Positions 58,430 to 64,000 of a DNA stretch of 64,000 nucleotides are shown here, in pieces. The notes under the pieces were generated by a model that saw only the letters and a program-made list of their open reading frames with translations, was not told the origin of the DNA and ran no database searches. The position numbers and the translations under genes are program-made. This stretch comes from a virus. The stretch spans positions 7,508 to 71,507 of the IMG/VR virus record IMGVR_UViG_3300025141_000065; one strand, written 5' to 3'. The first letter of the stretch is position 1, and each line of letters opens with the position of its first letter.

Positions 58430-58460
58430 AAATAGCCTCAATTTAATTATACTTATTATC

Positions 58461-58490
58461 TTGACTCAATTATTTAATTTATGGTATATT
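58461..58490 (+). promoter_or_regulatory. sigma70-type promoter
   Basis: TTGACT-N18-TATATT with TG extension, at the strand switch. Confidence 0.55.
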
Positions 58491-58515
58491 CAATAAAATT
58501 AAAATTTAATTTATT

Positions 58516-58830
58516 ATGAATGACGAACAAATAGACATAAGTCATCTTTTACGCGATCCGGTTTATATTACTTGGATTCGAGGTAAAAAAAGACAGAAAA
58601 CAATTCAGAAACGAATATTTAGATTATTAAAAAAACAAAGATTCTTTATTCTAAATACCGGGGAAGAAGAATTGTTTATTGATGCAGGAGCTTGGGTTTG
58701 GCAGAAAGGCGATAATGGGAAGTATAATAAAATATGGGGTCACGCGGAGAAATTTTTCCCCTTCATAAAAAGAAAACCAACAACTAACATATGGTCAAGA
58801 GTTTGGAGATACGTAGAAGAATCTGAATAA
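58516..58830 (+). CDS. hypothetical protein
   Basis: First ORF after the promoter. Confidence 0.55.
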   Translation: MNDEQIDISHLLRDPVYITWIRGKKRQKTIQKRIFRLLKKQRFFILNTGEEELFIDAGAWVWQKGDNGKYNKIWGHAEKFFPFIKRKPTTNIWSRVWRYVEESE

Positions 58831-58987
58831 TGCAAAATAAATGGGAACGTAGAGAATCTAAACAAAAAGCAAAAAAGAAATTCTCACCAGATAATAGAAA
58901 ATCGGTACGTCTTCTTGAAAAACTTTCTATGCTGCCGAATAAACTAAAGAAAAATAAACATACAAAATATAGGTAGGAGGATATCAT

Positions 58988-59236
58988 ATGAGTTCTACAA
59001 TAGATGAAAGTGATAAGATTTGGAATATATTCTTGAAGTATTGCCAATTAATTGATGTAGAAGCAACAAATGCTAGTTTAGATATTTACGGCACTGAGCA
59101 AAAATCTAATATGGCATTAGCTTTAACACAAGTGCATGTGTTGGATCATATCGTATGCAAACTAAAAGATTTAGAAAAACAAAATGCTGATCATGCTAGA
59201 TTAACTCGATATAATCAAGGGATTACGAATGCCTAG
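58988..59236 (+). CDS. hypothetical protein
   Basis: AGGAGG RBS. Confidence 0.65.
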   Translation: MSSTIDESDKIWNIFLKYCQLIDVEATNASLDIYGTEQKSNMALALTQVHVLDHIVCKLKDLEKQNADHARLTRYNQGITNA

Positions 59237-59426
59237 ATACAAATATTCTTGCCCTACTTGTGGGTTAGATGATGTAAGACAAATTGATTATAAATTAGAA
59301 AAACCTAAAGACTTACCGACAGGTTTAGTTAGAATACCAATATGTTACCTATGTGGAGATAGACTGGAAAAGAAATTTATGAAGCCGCCTAAAAATTGGT
59401 TTAATCAACAACGAACACAACAATAA
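59229..59426 (+). CDS. FmdB-like zinc-ribbon protein
   Basis: MPRYKYSCPTCG...CYLCG..LEK. Confidence 0.7.
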   Translation: MPRYKYSCPTCGLDDVRQIDYKLEKPKDLPTGLVRIPICYLCGDRLEKKFMKPPKNWFNQQRTQQ

Positions 59427-59759
59427 ATGTATAACCCCCTCCCCAAATCACTAACAATTAAGAAATCTAAAATTCATGGATTAGGATTATTTGCAGAAAA
59501 AGATATTCCCGCAGAGACGAATTTGGGGCTTACCCATATAAAACATACCACATTCCCACAAAATTGGCTGAGAACGCCTCTGGGAGGCTTCTATAACCAT
59601 TCTGATGCCCCTAACTGTGTATTAATTAAAGCAACTATAGGTTCTTTCTGGAAACCTTGGCAAGAAATTCGCAACTTACTAACTATAAAAGATATAAAAA
59701 AGGGGGATGAAATTACGTGCTTCTATAGTTTGTGGAATATTAATTCGATTAATGTATAA
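59427..59759 (+). CDS. SET-domain protein (putative lysine methyltransferase)
   Basis: S.IHGLGLFA, FYNHSD.PNC, KDIKKGDEIT..Y. Confidence 0.9.
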   Translation: MYNPLPKSLTIKKSKIHGLGLFAEKDIPAETNLGLTHIKHTTFPQNWLRTPLGGFYNHSDAPNCVLIKATIGSFWKPWQEIRNLLTIKDIKKGDEITCFYSLWNINSINV

Positions 59760-59778
59760 TAATAATGGGGAATACTTT

Positions 59779-60093
59779 ATGCTTATAACAACTATAGATA
59801 ATATTCAAGGTAAACGAATTACAGAAGTATTAGGGCTTGTTCAAGGCAGCACTGTAAGAAGTAGGGCAATAGGCAAAGATATAATTGCAATACTTAGGAT
59901 GATAATGGGCGGCGAAGTAACTGAATATACAAATTTACTCTCCGAAAGTCGGCAACAAGCGATAGAAAGAATGACCATACAGGCAGAAATATTGGGATCT
60001 AATGGTATAATTGGGGTTAGATTAGAAAATTCATCTGGTAAAAATGGTGAATCTCAAATACTAGCTTATGGTACTGCAGTTAAATTAAGTTAA
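59779..60093 (+). CDS. YbjQ/UPF0145 family protein
   Basis: MLITTID.I.GK.I...LGLV.G, GGEV.EYT.LL.ESR..A..RM, LAYGTAVK. Confidence 0.9.
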   Translation: MLITTIDNIQGKRITEVLGLVQGSTVRSRAIGKDIIAILRMIMGGEVTEYTNLLSESRQQAIERMTIQAEILGSNGIIGVRLENSSGKNGESQILAYGTAVKLS

Positions 60094-60103
60094 AATAAAC
60101 GAA

Positions 60104-60283
60104 ATGAAAAAAAGATCTAAAAATATATTGATTGGTCTTACAGCCGTGGTACTTTTAAGTTCTGCTGGGTTATTAATTACTAAAAAACTTAAGCATAGAA
60201 AAAAGGAAGCCGTTGAAGCAGAAACCAGAGCGGAAAATGCTTATTTAGATTCATTAACCGAAAAAGATATTGCTTGGGGTTAA
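60104..60283 (+). CDS. small membrane-anchored protein (59 aa, not in ORF track)
   Basis: MKKRSKNILIGLTAVVLLSSAGLLI...; read by hand. Confidence 0.45.
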   Translation: MKKRSKNILIGLTAVVLLSSAGLLITKKLKHRKKEAVEAETRAENAYLDSLTEKDIAWG

Positions 60284-60409
60284 TAACGTTCCCTAAGTTG
60301 AAAAGTACGATTAAACATATTAAATTTATAATAAATTATTTAATACGAATAATTAAATATTTAATCACACAAATTGTTTGAAGAATACCCTGTATGCCAT
60401 TAAACTTAT

Positions 60410-60664
60410 TTAAACAATAGTTTTCCTACTTGATTTTATATCCCAGCAAGTGACGCAGTATCCATTCCCCAGTTCTACATTTATGTTAGGACAGATTTTT
60501 ACACCCTTACGTCCTCCCTTAGTAAAATAAGGTTTAGAATTTTTACATGCACCTATACTTATTTGTGGTAAATGTACTTTTCGATTACCATAAGTATAAT
60601 CTCTTCTCCAATTTTCTTTTTTAGGCATTATCACATTCCCAATCTTTATCAAACGCGTCCTCAA
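60410..60664 (-). CDS. small Cys-containing protein
   Basis: LGNGYCVTCWD; start probably at MPKKEN. Confidence 0.5.
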   Translation of the reverse strand: MRTRLIKIGNVIMPKKENWRRDYTYGNRKVHLPQISIGACKNSKPYFTKGGRKGVKICPNINVELGNGYCVTCWDIKSSRKTIV

Positions 60665-61022
60665 AAATTCTAGGGACAGGCGTTCTTGTTCTTTTCCTAT
60701 CTTCGACTAATATTTTATTTACAATTGTCTGAACCTTATTCTTTTCATGTTTTACCCGCAAAACCGCTGATAATGTTAATAAGTTATCTAAATGTTCTTC
60801 TAAAGAGCTAAGTAACAAACAACCCTCCTCCATCTTAGCAAGAAAGATATCTCCAAGTATACTATTAACTACTGCTTCGATTTTACTTACAGTGTTTATT
60901 AATGGGAATCCTTCATCTTTATTTTTTATATTAATTTCAATATATGGTAGATTAAATTCTCTCATTAACTTTCGTAATTCTATCAGATATTTTTCTGGTA
61001 TGTCTTGAAATGGGGGTTCCAA
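60621..61022 (-). CDS. hypothetical protein
   Basis: 133-aa ORF. Confidence 0.55.
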   Translation of the reverse strand: MEPPFQDIPEKYLIELRKLMREFNLPYIEINIKNKDEGFPLINTVSKIEAVVNSILGDIFLAKMEEGCLLLSSLEEHLDNLLTLSAVLRVKHEKNKVQTIVNKILVEDRKRTRTPVPRIFEDAFDKDWECDNA

Positions 61023-61134
61023 ATTTTAACTCTTATGTTCTGGGAAATTAAAGTGTAGTTTATCTTCTATAGCTTTGATGTATCGTGTGTTTTTAGGCAT
61101 ATTATCTTCTCCCATTACATTATTATACCATTAG

Positions 61135-61428
61135 ATGTGCTATAATATATACATTATGAAATATTATGAAGAAAATGATCCAACATCTTTAGTATCTAAA
61201 TGCTGTGGAGAACCAGCATATGAAGGACCTCCGCCTAAAGGACATAAACCGCAGGGGTTAAAACGTTATCTTTTATCCTTTGAATACCCTATATGTAGTG
61301 AATGTATGGAGTTTGCGGATTTTGTACAGCTCTTTTACTATAACAAATTAAATGGTTATTACCCCGACTTTAAATTTGAGGGTAATTACACATACACCAA
61401 CAGTTTCTACAATATTGTTCCTTTTTAG
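61135..61428 (+). CDS. small Cys-rich protein
   Basis: SKCCG.P...ICSEC.E.A.F; TGCTATAAT upstream of the probable start MKYYEE. Confidence 0.55.
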   Translation: MCYNIYIMKYYEENDPTSLVSKCCGEPAYEGPPPKGHKPQGLKRYLLSFEYPICSECMEFADFVQLFYYNKLNGYYPDFKFEGNYTYTNSFYNIVPF

Positions 61429-61437
61429 AGGTATTGA

Positions 61438-61731
61438 ATGAATAATAATATAATAGACCAGATACTAGAATTAAATCCGGATGCATTAACCGCAGATGGG
61501 TATGACAGATCTATTAAAGGTATAGGGGACCGTGACGGGAAACCCGTACTCCTCTATTCCAGCGATAAATGTATTCAGCAGCTTATGGAAGATAATGACT
61601 GGGACTATGAAGAATCTGTAGAATGGTTTACCTTTAATACAGAATCCGCATATATGGGAGAAAATACCCCCATATTTGAATGGGACTCCGAATTCCCAAA
61701 TCCCTTAAATGATTACTTTGGTTCTTGCTAA
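61438..61731 (+). CDS. phage hypothetical protein
   Basis: ADGYD..I.G...Y...K.I..LM......E..EWF.FN...AYMGE.TP.F pattern. Confidence 0.7.
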   Translation: MNNNIIDQILELNPDALTADGYDRSIKGIGDRDGKPVLLYSSDKCIQQLMEDNDWDYEESVEWFTFNTESAYMGENTPIFEWDSEFPNPLNDYFGSC

Positions 61732-61743
61732 GGAGAAAATAAA

Positions 61744-62301
61744 TTGATAACAATACCACATACACAAGAAATGATAACTAGGGCCGAACAAAGAGCAGCT
61801 GATATGGGAATTTTAAATAATTCAATACTTAATGGTGAAGGAAGTGCAGCAGGGTTTTTAGCGGAGGAAGCAGTATCGGAATATATTAGCGTTCCAATTG
61901 AAAACCACAAGGATTATGATTTAATTTTACCATCTGGTATTCGAGCAGAAGTTAAAACAAAACAAAGATCCGTTCCCCCATTAGATTCTTATGATGCTAC
62001 TATAGCTGAAACCAGCCTACACCAAAAACCCGATCTATATATTTTCGTTAGCTTACATTATGGTGAGAAAATAATGAAGAATAGAAAGATAGAAGGCTAT
62101 AAAGATTTAAAAGCTGTGTGGTTATTAGGACAAAAAACAAAAGAGGACTTCTTAGCTAATGCTGTTTATGGCAAAAAAGATGACCCAGACCCTAATGACC
62201 CTCGGTTTAGATATACAGAAAATTGCTATAATCTAAAACATCAGTATTTAGACCCAATCCCCACTGAATATTCTAAACAACAACCACTCCTTATAACATA
62301 A
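61744..62301 (+). CDS. PD-(D/E)xK-like protein
   Basis: G.LAEEAV, DYDL, EVKTK. Confidence 0.55.
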   Translation: MITIPHTQEMITRAEQRAADMGILNNSILNGEGSAAGFLAEEAVSEYISVPIENHKDYDLILPSGIRAEVKTKQRSVPPLDSYDATIAETSLHQKPDLYIFVSLHYGEKIMKNRKIEGYKDLKAVWLLGQKTKEDFLANAVYGKKDDPDPNDPRFRYTENCYNLKHQYLDPIPTEYSKQQPLLIT

Positions 62302-62794
62302 TCCCGTTTTTTCAAAATTTTTATTTTTTAAAAAAATTCAAAAACACCTGAAAACTATTCAGTTTTTCTACAACAGCATGATAATGTTGTTTCTCCTTAC
62401 ATAATATAGCCACTACAAGCCTTCTATACGCCTCATACAGCAATTCTTTTTACACTTTGGTTGGTTACTATTGTTTACACTATAAACGTTTCTCTACGTT
62501 AATTGATATACACAGTCTATATCAACATGAAAGGCTTTATTTCTTTTTATAATTATATTTTATCTGAGCTTGCGTTTGCTGAGAAGCATCTCTTTTTTTT
62601 AAGATAGGGGTTATTGAGCTACTGGGGGTATCTCAACCCCACAACCGGGGTCGATCAACGTACAGCGTTTTAAATTGCATTGGTAATATCATAGTATATG
62701 TTGGGTGTTTAAATTGGCTGTGCGTAGCTGCTAGATGCCTTAAAAGTGGGTTCGGTGCAGTGATAAGTTCACGACTTGATTATATATAAGATAC

Positions 62795-62833
62795 AAAAGA
62801 AAAAAGCCCTAAAATAATTAAATCTTAGGGCTT
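62795..62833 (-). terminator. intrinsic terminator
   Basis: AAGCCCTAA/TTAGGGCTT stem followed by TTTTCTTTT on the minus strand. Confidence 0.75.
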
Positions 62834-62851
62834 GATTAGTTTGTCTAAGTC

Positions 62852-63046
62852 TTAACGAAGTAGATCATTACAGGCACAAATACATTTGCCTCTGAAGTCT
62901 TCTGGCTCTTCTCGCATTGTGCAAAGATGGTCCTCAACATCAAGGCCAGCAGTAACCATAACTTCAACCTGTTGATCTGGATCGTCAAACCCATGATCAT
63001 ACGCCACAGTCCTGCAATCGTCACAAAGTCGATTTTCTTTAGTCAT
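62852..63046 (-). CDS. small Cys-rich protein
   Basis: TAAGGAG RBS; CDDC, HLC, CICAC. Confidence 0.65.
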   Translation of the reverse strand: MTKENRLCDDCRTVAYDHGFDDPDQQVEVMVTAGLDVEDHLCTMREEPEDFRGKCICACNDLLR

Positions 63047-63106
63047 CTATTTTCTCCTTAGTTGTAAGCTCCAAGATGATTAAATCTTGGAGCTTGGTTA
63101 GTTTAG

Positions 63107-63289
63107 TTATCGTGTGCTTGGATAACCAATTTGCTTATACACTCGATCTTCAAATTTTTGACGGTCGAATCTTCGATTGTCCCGTTTGAATTCGAGGCTT
63201 AAATCATGCACCAATTCGGACACATATTTTCTGTGGGCATGATTCGCCAAAGTGTCGGCAAACATCTCATAATATTTTCTACTTAGCAT
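63107..63289 (-). CDS. phage hypothetical protein
   Basis: MLSRKYY..FA...DN.RFD..KF pattern; TAAGGAG RBS. Confidence 0.7.
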   Translation of the reverse strand: MLSRKYYEMFADTLANHAHRKYVSELVHDLSLEFKRDNRRFDRQKFEDRVYKQIGYPSTR

Positions 63290-63298
63290 TTGTACTCC

Positions 63299-63520
63299 TT
63301 AAATATCTTGATTGTTAAATGTTGGCGAATTAAGTTTGTTTTTTAATTCTCGGACATGTTCACAACGTACAAACTCACCATCACTATTCTGACATCTCCA
63401 ATTTACCGTTGCAGGTTTGTCTGGAATATCCTTGAAAAAATGACTATTGACTATGTTGCCGTTTTCGTCTGTATATCCGATTGCACAATTTGACTTGCTT
63501 GTCGTTTCTTTAGTTGTCAT
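63299..63520 (-). CDS. hypothetical protein
   Basis: TAAGGAG RBS; C...CEH. Confidence 0.6.
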   Translation of the reverse strand: MTTKETTSKSNCAIGYTDENGNIVNSHFFKDIPDKPATVNWRCQNSDGEFVRCEHVRELKNKLNSPTFNNQDI

Positions 63521-63585
63521 GTTTTTAGCTCCTTAGTAGGGCCACCGATTCAACGATGGCCCAAATTATTAAATCAACCCGACTT

Positions 63586-63786
63586 CTATTTTATGCTAAC
63601 TGCACCCCCTGATTTTTCGGCTGCTTGTTCTTGATGTAATTGTTTAGCTTTTTCCAATACTTGAACCACTAGTCTCTTATCCATGTCTGGAAAAGTTGAC
63701 TGCTTAACCAACATGATTGCAACATCAGTCAAGCGTTCCCAATTACTATTACCGTCTTCAAACATATCCATTTTACATACTCCCAT
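63586..63786 (-). CDS. hypothetical protein
   Basis: First gene after the promoter at 63794-63822. Confidence 0.55.
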   Translation of the reverse strand: MGVCKMDMFEDGNSNWERLTDVAIMLVKQSTFPDMDKRLVVQVLEKAKQLHQEQAAEKSGGAVSIK

Positions 63787-63793
63787 AATTTAG

Positions 63794-63822
63794 ATTATCT
63801 TTACTCTATCACAACGTGTCAA
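63794..63822 (-). promoter_or_regulatory. sigma70-type early promoter
   Basis: TTGACA-N17-GATAAT on the minus strand. Confidence 0.65.
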
Positions 63823-63902
63823 GCGTTGTCTACTATCTTTTAGTTATTGTTTACAAACTTTAGAGAATTTTAATGTCCGGTTATTCGCCGGGGAAGGCGA
63901 CT

Positions 63903-64000
63903 CCCCTCCAGCCCAGCACCCCTCCCCTCCAGCATCCCCACCCCTCCAGCCCAGCACCCCTCCCCTCCAGCATCCCCACCCCTCCAGCCCAGCACCCCTC
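63903..64000. repeat. 38-bp perfect tandem repeat, C-rich on + and G-rich on -
   Basis: CCCCTCCAGCCCAGCACCCCTCCCCTCCAGCATCCCCA x2 plus 22 nt, truncated by the window end. Confidence 0.95.

Noticed and set aside
63903-64000. 38-bp repeat as a CRISPR array
   Set aside because: Head-to-tail copies with no unique spacers
1-64000. tRNA genes, integrase, alternative genetic code
   Set aside because: No cloverleaf or tyrosine/serine recombinase motif seen; core genes are intact under the standard code and use all three stop codons

Overview
AT-rich segment of a tailed dsDNA bacteriophage genome with a siphovirus-type gene set. 185-4992 (+) holds small early-type genes and a DUF262 protein. A structured non-coding zone and a strand-polarised CTTCC array (about 5000-5840) sit where the two transcription directions converge. 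One long minus-strand block (58441 to 5845) follows. In transcription order it carries a giant fibre, neck, tail tube, frameshifting tail chaperones, a short tape measure and tail tip; then a phage sigma factor, DnaB, a primase/SSB fusion ORF, PolA, RecA, Vsr-like, Cas4-like and RuvC-like nucleases; then terminases, class II RNR plus NrdH, portal, phosphoesterase, scaffold, major capsid, decoration proteins, prohead protease and small membrane proteins. 58516-64000 is an accessory/early region (SET domain, YbjQ, hairpin-linked small genes, G-rich tandem repeat). I saw no tRNA, integrase, CRISPR array or recognisable endolysin. A Chloroflexota (SAR202/Dehalococcoidia-like) host is an inference only. 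The most notable items are: (1) a prohead-protease C-terminal tail built as a tandem array of hydrophobic-then-cationic peptides separated by likely [ILV]xK self-cleavage sites; (2) a ~400-nt promoter-driven, pseudoknotted ncRNA candidate; (3) the polar CTTCC array; (4) a primase-SSB junction containing both an internal RBS and a U_UUU_UUA slippery site; (5) apparent genome-wide CCWGG avoidance. All calls come from motif recognition by eye; no searches were run.
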